This document shows, piece by piece, positions 29,106 through 37,858 of a stretch of DNA of 64,000 bases. This DNA comes from Candidatus Latescibacterota bacterium. GTDB taxonomy: Bacteria > Latescibacterota > UBA2968 > UBA8231. Made by a program: the position numbers and the translations under genes. Location of the stretch: positions 3,616,001 to 3,680,000 of the forward strand of contig OZ241889.1 in NCBI GenBank assembly GCA_965203355.1, written 5' to 3'. Every line of letters starts with the position of its first letter. Position 1 is the first letter of the stretch. The notes under the pieces were generated by a model that was given only the letters and a program-made list of their open reading frames with translations, was not told the origin of the DNA and did no database searches.

Positions 29106-30169
29106 GACGGCGAGGAACGCTTCGCCCGCTTGCAAGCGGGCCGTAGGCTGTCGATCTGACGTTCATAAAGAAAATGGGACCTCAAACCGAAAATTGAGGT
29201 CCCATTTTCGTAACTCGCGGTGCCGTGGGTGCTACTTGAGCAGCAGCAGCTTGATGTCGACAAACGCTTCGTCCGCCTGCAAGCGGGCCGTAGGCTGTCG
29301 ATCTGACGTTCATACGAAAATGGGACCTCAAACCGAAAATTGAGGTCCCATTTCCGTAACTTGCGGTGTCGCGGGTGCTGCTTGAGCAGCAGCAGCTTGA
29401 TGTCGACAAACGCTTCGTCCGCCTGCAAGCGGGCCGTAGCCTGTCGATCTGACGTTCATAAGAAAATGGGACCCCAGAACATCGGGGTCCCATTTTCGTA
29501 ACTCGCGGTGTCGCGGGGCTACTTGAGCAGCAGCAGCTTGATGTCGACAAACGCTTCGCCCGCTTGCAAGCGGTCCGTAGGCTGTCGATCTGACGTTCAT
29601 AAGAAAATGGGACCCCAGAACATCGGGGTCCCATTTCCGTAACTCGCGGTGTCGCGGGGGCTACTTGAGCAGCAGCAGCTTCTGGACGGCGAGGAAATCG
29701 CCGCCCGCTTGCAAGCGGGCCGTAGCCTGTCGATCTGACGTTCATAAGAAAATGGGACCCCAGAAAACTGAGGTCCCATTTCCGTAACTCGCCAACATCG
29801 TGTCGCGTGTGCTACTTGAGCAGCAACATCTTCTTGACGGCGAGGAACGCTTCGTCCGCTTGCAAGCGGGCCGTAGGCTGTCGATCTGACGTTCATAAGA
29901 AAATGGGACCTCAAACCGAAAATTAAGGTCCCATTTCCGTAACTTGCGGTGTCGCGGGTGCTGCTTGAGCAGCAACATCTTCTTGACGGCGAGGAAATCG
30001 CCGCCCGCTTGCAAGCGGGCCGTAGCCTGTCGATCTGACGTTCATAAGAAAATGGGACCCCAGAAAACTGAGGTCCCATTTCCGTAACTCGCCAACATCG
30101 TGTCGCGTGTGCTACTTGAGCAGCAACATCTTCTTGATGTCGAGGAAATCACCGCCCGCTTGCAAGCGG
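29106..30169. repeat. Tandem array of 7 full and 1 partial ~141-151-bp units: palindrome + variant gene 3' end + terminator hairpin + constant linker
   Basis: TGCAAGCGG recurs at 29131, 29278, 29424, 29565, 29710, 29861, 30010 and 30161; near-invariant CTGTCGATCTGACGTTCATA..AAAATGGGACC; 29701-29836 identical to 30001-30136. Confidence 0.95.
30050..30081 (-). terminator. Terminator hairpin after the surface-protein gene (repeated in each array unit)
   Basis: Minus strand AAAUGGGACCUCAG-UUUU-CUGGGGUCCCAUUU followed by UCUU, ~30 nt after the TAG. Confidence 0.7.
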
Positions 30170-33100
30170 TAGAAATACATTCCCGACGACACGCTCTGGC
30201 CGCTATCGTTGGTCGCGTCCCACTCCACCGCGTAACGACCCGCCGCCTGATGCTCGGCGACCAGCGTCCGCACCGGCTGACCCAACACGTTATACACCGT
30301 CAGCCCCACGTCCGCCGCCTGCGGCAACGCATACTGAATCGTCGTCTGCGGATTGAACGGGTTCGGATAGTTGGCTGCCAGCGAGAACACGGCCGGGCGC
30401 GTCTGTAACGACACCGGCGCGGGCAATGCCAGCCGGTTGAAGCCCAACGCCCGGTCATACGTCTGGCTGTCGGTGACTTCGAGCGTCGTGTGCGCGATCT
30501 CGGTCGTCGGCCGGAAGACTAAGCGCAGCATCAGCTCGCCGTCCGAAACGACGTCGCCGTGAGCGGCTACCGTCAACACGCCCGCTTGGTCGGCCAGCAC
30601 CTGCGGCGTAGCGAATGCGCTGCCGCCCAGCGGCTGATCGGTCCGCGCCTCGACGAAGGTCAACTGGTCGGCGTCATAGGCTACCTGCAAGCCGTAGCCT
30701 TTGACCGCCACGAAGTCGGCTAACCGCACATTAACGACGAACTCTTCTCCCACGCTCGGCAGGGCGGCTGGCGCGTCCAAATACAGTCGCGCGTCCCCAT
30801 TCAGCCCGGTCCGCAACGGCACCGGCTTGCCTGAGACCGCGAGGCTGCGACCGAAATGGTCGGCCAACACGAAGAAATCGTCGAAGTCAATCGTCCCATT
30901 CGGCGCCAGGTCAAACGCCGGATCAAACCCGGCGTCGCCCGCCGTCAAGCCGAAGCGGTCGGCCAACACGAAGAAATCGTCGAACCCAATGCGCCCGTCG
31001 GCGCCGAACAGCCCCAACAGAGCCTGTCCTTGACTATCGGCCACCCGGTTGCGCACGGCCAGCGCGGTATGCTCGACCGAACCGGTCTCGTTGTCTAAGT
31101 CGAAAGCACGCACCTGATAGGTATAATGCACCCCATGCTGCGCCGTCTCATCGACGAAAGACGAACGTCCCGCCTCCACCTCGGCGACCACGGAAAACGC
31201 TTCTGCTCCGACGGCTCGGCGATAGATGCGGTAGCCATGCACACCGACGACCGGCTCGACCGGCGCCGGGCCTAGCGCGCCAGCCACAACCCCTTGCAGC
31301 ACCTGATCCGACGGCGACAGCGTCCACGTCAGCGCGATGCGACCACCCTGATCGTCCGGCGCATCCAACACCTGCAACGCCGACACGGCCAATGGCGCGA
31401 TGTCGTCGGTCGCCCGCACAGCCTCGGCCGTCCAAGTAATCGACGAACTCAGCACACTACTGACGACATTTAGCTTCGGCGCCACGCCGCGAGCGTAAGC
31501 CAATGCTTCCGGCAGCAACGACGCCAGCACCGGCCCTTCCTGCGCGGCATTCCGGCTGGCTTGCAGTGTCTTGGCCATCTGCGCGTAAGGCGCGGTCAGG
31601 TCGTCGGCCTCGACGAACACGGCTTTGGCCATCGTGTGCGTGGTGCGCCCCCCGCGCTCGGCGGCAATGCCCCAGCGCGTCGAGACGTTATCCAGCGTCG
31701 CCACGATGGCGCGGCCCATCGCTACGCCGGGCACGGCATCCACTCGCGCCCACGGCACCATCTCATTTTCCAGCACCGGCAATGCGCGGAAGATGCGATA
31801 GCCGTCCAGCGACTTATGATCGGCCGACAACTCCCAAGACAGCATCACGAAACCGCCTTGGTCGCCTTGGCCGTCTGCACCTTTGTAGTCTTCGGCGACC
31901 AGATTGGTCGGCGCCGACAGCGGCGGCTCCACCACCGCCATGCCCACCGGCAGCGACTGACTCGCGCCGCTGGCATCTACGACCGTGTAAGTCGCGACCG
32001 TCTCGCCCATCACCGTCGGCGTCCCGGAAATCGTCCGGGTGGCCGGGTCAAACGACAGCCCGGCCGGCAGCCCCGACACGCTATACGTCAGCGGCGGAGT
32101 GCCCCCGGAGACGGCCGGCAACGTCAGGTTTGCCGGCACGTTAATGGTGAATTGAATCATGTTGTCGGTGTGCGAATCCGCCGGATTGGCTTTGCCGACT
32201 CCGCCGAACGCACCGAACAACGCACCGAGGTCGACAAAATCCAGCATCGCGTTGACTGTAATCGCGAACGTCAGCGAGACGCTTTTATCGCCAGCCATCG
32301 CCGTGTAGGTGACTTCAACGGCCCCATCGGTCGCCGCGTCTGGTGTGCCCGAAATCGTCCGGGTCGCCGCGTCAAACGACAGCCCGGCCGGTAGCCCCGA
32401 CACGCTGTACATGATGGTTCCCTCGCCGCCCAACGCCACCGGCAGCACCAACGGCGTAATCGCCGTGCCCGCCGTGTAGGTGTGTGCGGCGACCGAAGTG
32501 CCCTCGACAAAAGCCAAGGCGATCATCATGTCCTCATCGCCGTCCATCATGCCGCTGTCCATGTCGGTCAGCACCAGCGTCGCCGAATCCGAAGTCAAGC
32601 CGGGCAGCATCGCGTTGAGGATGATCGTCTCGTCGCCCTCGGCCATACTGTCGGCTGTCGGATTAACCAACAGGCGGGTCGAACCCATGATCGAACCGGC
32701 GGCAATGGTAATTATCGGATCGAACAAGGCCGAATAGTCCGTGTCGCGCATGGCACTGCTCGAAACCTCATCAATCGAGATGGTCGCCGTGGCGTCCTCG
32801 GCCAATGGCTTGCCGTCCAGCGCGGCCATGACCATCACTTCGGTCAATTCTGCCGTCTCGGGGATCGCGCTCGGCATCACCGACAGCACCAGAGACGTGC
32901 TGGCGGTCTCGTCGTCGGAAATGCGGATATCTACTTGACCCCAGCCGCCCGAAGCCGCCGCCCGGATCCCTACATACTTATGACCGGCCGCCGCAGCGTT
33001 GTCGATCGGCGACAGGAAAAGCGTCGTCCAGCCCATCGTCTCGCCGGCCGGAATGGTGACGATCCCCGCCAATGTCGCGGTGTAATCCACGTCGCGGGTG

Positions 33101-35943
33101 GCCATCGCGCCGCTGGCTGGCGGCACAATCGTGAAGCGGACCATCTCGGCGGCCGGAGCCGCGCCCGACAGAGTCGCCGTAACCCGGATTTCGGTCGTCT
33201 CGCCGTTTTCGCGCACGGCCGATTGCGAAGCCATCACACTCGCGACGCCAATCGTCACCGGCGCGGCTTCACCCACCGTGATGGTGAAGGTCCGTCCGCC
33301 GATGTCGCCGTCGCTATCAATCGCCGTATAGACGACCGTGGCCATGCCCGCCAGCGTCGGCGTACCCGAAAGCGTCCGGGTGGCCGCGTCAAACGACAGA
33401 CCCAGCGGCAAGGTCGCCGAAACGCTGTACATCAGCGTTCCTTGGCCGCCCATGGCCGCGGGCAAGACCTCGCTGAACGCCTGACCCACCGTCGCTTCAA
33501 AAGCCAACGCAGCATCGCCAAAGCTCGGCTGTCCCGTGTCCGCTGGCGTTTCGGACGAATCGTCCGTCATCACCGCGTCTTTCAGCGTGATCTTCGCGGT
33601 GCTGACCACGATCTTTTTGTTCTCTTGGTTCTTGAGATTGTCCGTGATCTGCTTCAGCGTGATCGTCTCGTCGTTGTCGGCTTTGCCGTCGTAGATCGGC
33701 GTAACCGTGATCGTCGTCTGGCCAACGACCTCGCCGCGCGGAATCGTCAGCGAGCTAAGCATCGCCGTGTAGTCCAGTTCCCGATCCGCCGAACCGGCCG
33801 CATCCTCATCCAAACCCAGCGCGATGGTCGCATCCGCGTCGAGCACCTTGCCGTCCAACGTGGCGGTCACCGTCACGGTCGTCGCTCCGGCGTCCTCTTT
33901 GATTTCGCCCGGGCTGACCGACAGCGTGATGTTTTTGCTCAGCGTCTCATCGTCGGTAATCGTGAACTTCGCATCCTTCATCTGCGTCGATTCCGAGCCG
34001 ACCTTCGCTTGCACCGTGAACGTCCACGGATTATTCACAGCGCTGTTGTTCGTCGGGGTGACGCGCAGCATGGCCGTGCCTTTGGTGGTGCCGGCCGGGA
34101 TCGTCAAGCCCTCGAGGATCTCCACTTCGTAATTCACGTCGCGCGTCCCCTCACCCGCCGTAATCTGAAAGTCCACCGCCTTAGAGCCGGTTAAAGCCGT
34201 CTCCAATTCAACGTTCATCGCAACGTCAGTCGCCCCGACTTCCTCGCGTATCGACTTCGGACTCAGCGTAAAATTCTTGATCCGCGCCACTGCAACATCC
34301 TCGACCGTGACGATGCCGGAGTTGATCGTAAGCGGAATGACAAAAGTGTCCACATACTTTAGCGTTCTGTGTGTGTCCGGGTCTATTGCCCGCTTCTTAA
34401 CGAAAGTATCCTCGACGTCGGAATCGCCGTTAAAGTCGATGCTAAAACCCCAATTTGTTTCCCCGATTCCGTCTTCCGAGGTCTTGATGTCCGCGCACAC
34501 TTGTAGCTTCGTGTCCGTTGCATCAAATAAGCAGAGACCTACCTCGGATAACATCTTACCCTCGGGCACCTTATACGTATCCAAATAATCGCCATCCCTG
34601 AAAAAGTCGATCCCCAAGTCGGCTTCTGCCAACACGGTCCCCGCAGGTGCGAAGTCGGAATCTTTATAATTATTAGCACCATAACCTGTAGCCCTATCGG
34701 CTTTTATCCCAACATACCCGTCACCATCGGCGTCGGTTCCAACATCCCCATCGCCGTTTAAGTCTATGCCCATTGTCTTGACGCTGTAAGTCTGGTTGTT
34801 TGTGGAGATACTGAATGGTGTATATGTGACATGCTCTGGCGCATTAGACTGCACTGGCAGCATAAAACCATCGTCCTCAAAGGTACCATCGAGATTAAGG
34901 TCGATCCGGACCCGCCGCCCCTCGCTGTTCTGCCGTTTTAACTTCACGACCAGCTTATTGTCACTGGGCTTTAGCACGATCTTGCCCGCCTTATTTTTCG
35001 GAGCGAGGGTGAACGTAGTCGTCGCGTCGAACTTACGCTGCGGAACGGTCAGCTTCCCCAAGCCGCTAAGCGAGTAATGCACATCGCGCGTCAACGTATC
35101 GCTGGTAGCCCCTTTGCCCTCGACAGGAGCCAGTCGGGTTTCAATGGCTTGGGTGGTTTGGGTCTTAAACGCGCGGCCATTCAACGTCCCCGTCAATTCA
35201 ATCGGAGTCGCATCCGCCTGCTTGCTGAGCTTGGACGGCGCAAAAGAAAGGTCAAGCGCACTCGGCAACTGATCATCGTCGATGATCTCCACATACATTC
35301 TCGAATACGTTCTAATAATGTGTTCTTGTACGTCAAAGCGTATAACAGGATGCTCGCCGCCAATGTATTCGGCCGAACTTTTGAAACCAATTTTATAGTT
35401 ACCCCCTTCAAACCGAAACACGACCGGGATATTAACTCCACCGTCTAAATCCTCTTTATCGCCAGGTCGCCTAAAGTTGGCCTGCCTCCTTATACTCGCA
35501 GCCATATCATTAAAAGCATTCAGACTCGCAGCCTGCCGCTCATAGTGATTGAAGACTTTTTTGGAGAAATCGCACTCGGTGGCTGTGGCTGAGCAAGGCC
35601 CGACTCGCTTATTGTTTATCGGGGTTATGGTCAGCGTTCCTGTCGTCTTTTTGTCGCCCTTCTTAACCACGAGATTGGGGGTAGATAAGGTGAAGAACTC
35701 ACCGTAATACTTTGAGTAGGGACGCTCCGCATCGAAAAGCATCCCAACGGGAATATCTTCGGTCGCCGCCGTCCCCCCCTTTGTTTCTAAGGTCACCGTA
35801 ATATCTTGTGCCCCTCCGTCCTCGCGGATCAAAACCCGGTCAAAGGAGACGAATAGGCTATCTTGGGCCGCGGCCTCCCCGGCCAACAGCAAACAAGGCA
35901 AAAAAGCCAAACGCCGCATCGCATAAATAAATGAACGTACCAT
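30112..35943 (-). CDS. 1943-aa secreted surface protein/adhesin: Calx-beta-like repeats, He_PIG Ig domains, FN3-like, EF-hand/dockerin-like, cohesin-like and FlgD/T9SS-type C-terminal domain
   Basis: AAGGGAGG RBS; signal peptide ending AAAQ; repeated 'TVTATL..G...RDVDY...TIP'; 3x 'LP.GLSFD.ATRT.SGTP'; 2x 'FDDFFVLAD.FG'; 'NYPNPFNP...WDATNDSG..VSSGMYFYRLQAG...KKMLLLK'. Confidence 0.88.
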   Translation of the reverse strand: MVRSFIYAMRRLAFLPCLLLAGEAAAQDSLFVSFDRVLIREDGGAQDITVTLETKGGTAATEDIPVGMLFDAERPYSKYYGEFFTLSTPNLVVKKGDKKTTGTLTITPINNKRVGPCSATATECDFSKKVFNHYERQAASLNAFNDMAASIRRQANFRRPGDKEDLDGGVNIPVVFRFEGGNYKIGFKSSAEYIGGEHPVIRFDVQEHIIRTYSRMYVEIIDDDQLPSALDLSFAPSKLSKQADATPIELTGTLNGRAFKTQTTQAIETRLAPVEGKGATSDTLTRDVHYSLSGLGKLTVPQRKFDATTTFTLAPKNKAGKIVLKPSDNKLVVKLKRQNSEGRRVRIDLNLDGTFEDDGFMLPVQSNAPEHVTYTPFSISTNNQTYSVKTMGIDLNGDGDVGTDADGDGYVGIKADRATGYGANNYKDSDFAPAGTVLAEADLGIDFFRDGDYLDTYKVPEGKMLSEVGLCLFDATDTKLQVCADIKTSEDGIGETNWGFSIDFNGDSDVEDTFVKKRAIDPDTHRTLKYVDTFVIPLTINSGIVTVEDVAVARIKNFTLSPKSIREEVGATDVAMNVELETALTGSKAVDFQITAGEGTRDVNYEVEILEGLTIPAGTTKGTAMLRVTPTNNSAVNNPWTFTVQAKVGSESTQMKDAKFTITDDETLSKNITLSVSPGEIKEDAGATTVTVTATLDGKVLDADATIALGLDEDAAGSADRELDYTAMLSSLTIPRGEVVGQTTITVTPIYDGKADNDETITLKQITDNLKNQENKKIVVSTAKITLKDAVMTDDSSETPADTGQPSFGDAALAFEATVGQAFSEVLPAAMGGQGTLMYSVSATLPLGLSFDAATRTLSGTPTLAGMATVVYTAIDSDGDIGGRTFTITVGEAAPVTIGVASVMASQSAVRENGETTEIRVTATLSGAAPAAEMVRFTIVPPASGAMATRDVDYTATLAGIVTIPAGETMGWTTLFLSPIDNAAAAGHKYVGIRAAASGGWGQVDIRISDDETASTSLVLSVMPSAIPETAELTEVMVMAALDGKPLAEDATATISIDEVSSSAMRDTDYSALFDPIITIAAGSIMGSTRLLVNPTADSMAEGDETIILNAMLPGLTSDSATLVLTDMDSGMMDGDEDMMIALAFVEGTSVAAHTYTAGTAITPLVLPVALGGEGTIMYSVSGLPAGLSFDAATRTISGTPDAATDGAVEVTYTAMAGDKSVSLTFAITVNAMLDFVDLGALFGAFGGVGKANPADSHTDNMIQFTINVPANLTLPAVSGGTPPLTYSVSGLPAGLSFDPATRTISGTPTVMGETVATYTVVDASGASQSLPVGMAVVEPPLSAPTNLVAEDYKGADGQGDQGGFVMLSWELSADHKSLDGYRIFRALPVLENEMVPWARVDAVPGVAMGRAIVATLDNVSTRWGIAAERGGRTTHTMAKAVFVEADDLTAPYAQMAKTLQASRNAAQEGPVLASLLPEALAYARGVAPKLNVVSSVLSSSITWTAEAVRATDDIAPLAVSALQVLDAPDDQGGRIALTWTLSPSDQVLQGVVAGALGPAPVEPVVGVHGYRIYRRAVGAEAFSVVAEVEAGRSSFVDETAQHGVHYTYQVRAFDLDNETGSVEHTALAVRNRVADSQGQALLGLFGADGRIGFDDFFVLADRFGLTAGDAGFDPAFDLAPNGTIDFDDFFVLADHFGRSLAVSGKPVPLRTGLNGDARLYLDAPAALPSVGEEFVVNVRLADFVAVKGYGLQVAYDADQLTFVEARTDQPLGGSAFATPQVLADQAGVLTVAAHGDVVSDGELMLRLVFRPTTEIAHTTLEVTDSQTYDRALGFNRLALPAPVSLQTRPAVFSLAANYPNPFNPQTTIQYALPQAADVGLTVYNVLGQPVRTLVAEHQAAGRYAVEWDATNDSGQSVSSGMYFYRLQAGGDFLDIKKMLLLK

Positions 35944-36046
35944 TACTTAACCTCCCTTAGGAAAAGGCATCGCCCAATGGCGAAAGTGAAGTGATAAGAA
36001 AATGATTTCGGTTGGTGGCCAGTGGCTGGGCCGGGCCGGGCAGAAC

Positions 36047-36082
36047 AAAAAACCGCCATCGGCAACGCGCTCGGCGATGGCG
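36047..36082 (-). terminator. Terminator-like hairpin with U-tract upstream of the surface-protein start codon
   Basis: Minus strand CGCCAUCG...CGAUGGCG-GUUUUUU about 105 nt before the ATG. Confidence 0.6.
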
Positions 36083-36193
36083 TTCTCTGTGCTATTGACG
36101 CTGTGTCCATGTCTTGTTAATCCGACTAAGAATGCCGCAAGCGGCGCCGGTTGCATCCCCACATGCAACGCGCCGCTGTGAATTATTCTGCAT

Positions 36194-36222
36194 AATTAAT
36201 AAATTCAAAACGGATATGTCAA
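36194..36222 (-). promoter_or_regulatory. Putative sigma70 promoter for the surface-protein gene
   Basis: Perfect TTGACA (36222-36217) followed 15-17 nt later by TATTAATT in an AT-rich tract. Confidence 0.4.
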
Positions 36223-36256
36223 ACGAATAATACTAGAGTGCAATGTCCCAAAAATC

Positions 36257-36271
36257 GGGGGGGGGGGGGGG
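36257..36271. repeat. G15 homopolymer tract
   Basis: 15 consecutive G in the AT-rich intergenic region. Confidence 0.85.
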
Positions 36272-36396
36272 TAAGTTGTTGTTTTTTAACGACTTACGCT
36301 AATTAAAGTTCGACATCGTTGCCAGCGCAAAATAAGTGTTAATTATTTCACTTCTCTAATAATTAACAACTTCAAGCTCGGATCGCAACGCTGCGA

Positions 36397-37851
36397 TCAG
36401 CGCGTACTTTTACCCGTCAGCACGAACCACACCGTTTGCAACATAATCTTGAAGTCCAGCTTGAGCGACATGTTTTCAATGTAATACAAATCGTATTCCA
36501 GCCGCTCGCGGGCAATGCCCACCACGTCCTTAGAATCGAGATCGAACTCATGCTTGGACTGCGCCCAACCCAACAGGCCGGGCTTGACGTTAAAACGCCG
36601 CATGTACAAGGGAATCTGCTTTTTGAACTGCTCGACGAAAAACGGGCGTTCCGGGCGCGGGCCGACCAAACTCATGTCGCCGCGCAAGAAGTTGATGCAC
36701 TGGGGAATCTCGTCTAAGTGTAGGGCGCGTAGCACCCGGCCAACCCGGGTCACCCGTGGATCGGCCCCGGTGACCCAAACCGGCCCGGTCTTTTTCTCCG
36801 CATCCACGTACATCGAGCGGAATTTGAGCATCGCAAAGGTCCGGCCCCCCGCGCCGACGCGCTCTTGGCGAAAAAACACCGGCCCCTTCGAGGTCAGCTT
36901 GATCGCCGCGGCCACCAACATCCACAACGGAGCCAAGCCCGTGAGCACGACAACGGCCACCAACAGATCGATGAGCCGCTTGACCGTCCGCTGCCAAGCG
37001 GGCATCAGCTCGGGCTTGAGCTCCATCAGCGGCACGCCGTTAATCTGCGTCGTACGCACGTGACCGGCCACAATGTCGTACAAGTCGGGCGTGATGCCAA
37101 AGGAGACCGGCAACCCCTCGGCCTCCTCCACGATCTGCATGATCTCTTCGTGCGAATTGGCTTGCAGGGCGATGAGCACCGCCTCAATGCCCTCGGCCCC
37201 GAGGATGGTCCGCAGATCGCGTACGGCCCCGAGCACCGGCAGGCCGTCAATGGCCGCGTGCTCGTTCTCGCCGTGCGCCCGCACCAACCCCACAATCTCA
37301 TACCCCTGCGCCGGTGCCGCCCGCAACGCCCGCAACAGCCTTATACCGCGCCCATTCACGCCCACGATGGCCGTGCGCCGGAGGCCAATGCCGCGCAACA
37401 AAAGCTGCCGCTCAAAGCTACGCAGCAGCAGCCGCCCGCCGGCCACCAGCGCGACCATACCCAGCCAATAGAACAAGACCAGCAATCGAGTGAGGCGCAT
37501 GTCGCGGTCAAAGGTGGCGACCATGGCCAGCAAGATGCCCAAGGTGACGACCTTGAGGACCTCGGACATTTCGTCGAAGCGCGAACTAGCGGGCGAGGAT
37601 TGATAGAAGCCAAAAAACAGAAACAGCAGCAGCCAGCAACCGCTTATCAGCGGCAACACGTCCGAATAATAACCCAACGCATACCAGAAAGTCGGCTCCC
37701 CTACCGCGTCTGGATAGAGCCGTTCGTAGTTGTGGCGCACGATCGCCAGCCCACCGCCGGCCAGCTTCATCCACAAAAAGAACACCGACGCCAAGCTGGC
37801 GGCAGCCGTGTCACTCAACAACAGCAGGACCACTCGTTTCAGACGCGACAT
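36397..37851 (-). CDS. Polyprenyl-phosphate glycosylphosphotransferase (WcaJ/WbaP-type priming sugar transferase)
   Basis: N-terminal TMs; 'VKRLID', 'GPVFFRQERVG', 'KFRSM', 'DPRVTRVGR', 'LDEIPQ', 'MSLVGPRPERP', 'YDLYYIEN'. Confidence 0.92.
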   Translation of the reverse strand: MSRLKRVVLLLLSDTAAASLASVFFLWMKLAGGGLAIVRHNYERLYPDAVGEPTFWYALGYYSDVLPLISGCWLLLFLFFGFYQSSPASSRFDEMSEVLKVVTLGILLAMVATFDRDMRLTRLLVLFYWLGMVALVAGGRLLLRSFERQLLLRGIGLRRTAIVGVNGRGIRLLRALRAAPAQGYEIVGLVRAHGENEHAAIDGLPVLGAVRDLRTILGAEGIEAVLIALQANSHEEIMQIVEEAEGLPVSFGITPDLYDIVAGHVRTTQINGVPLMELKPELMPAWQRTVKRLIDLLVAVVVLTGLAPLWMLVAAAIKLTSKGPVFFRQERVGAGGRTFAMLKFRSMYVDAEKKTGPVWVTGADPRVTRVGRVLRALHLDEIPQCINFLRGDMSLVGPRPERPFFVEQFKKQIPLYMRRFNVKPGLLGWAQSKHEFDLDSKDVVGIARERLEYDLYYIENMSLKLDFKIMLQTVWFVLTGKSTR

Positions 37852-37858
37852 AAACCCT

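Noticed and set aside
29009-30079. Minus-strand ORFs of 90-187 aa within the array as genes
   Set aside because: They are frame-shifting read-throughs of repeat units that cross terminator hairpins and lack RBSs.
29106-30169. Array as a CRISPR locus
   Set aside because: Units are ~147 bp and homologous along their whole length, there are no unique spacers, and no cas genes are in the window.
29106-30169. Array as DGR template/variable repeats
   Set aside because: Some differences are at adenines (GAC ATC vs GCC GTC), but many involve G, C or T or indels, and no reverse transcriptase is present.
31503-34194. Long plus-strand ORFs (213, 277 and 570 aa)
   Set aside because: Antisense shadows of the GC-rich surface-protein gene, with Arg/His-rich non-protein-like composition.
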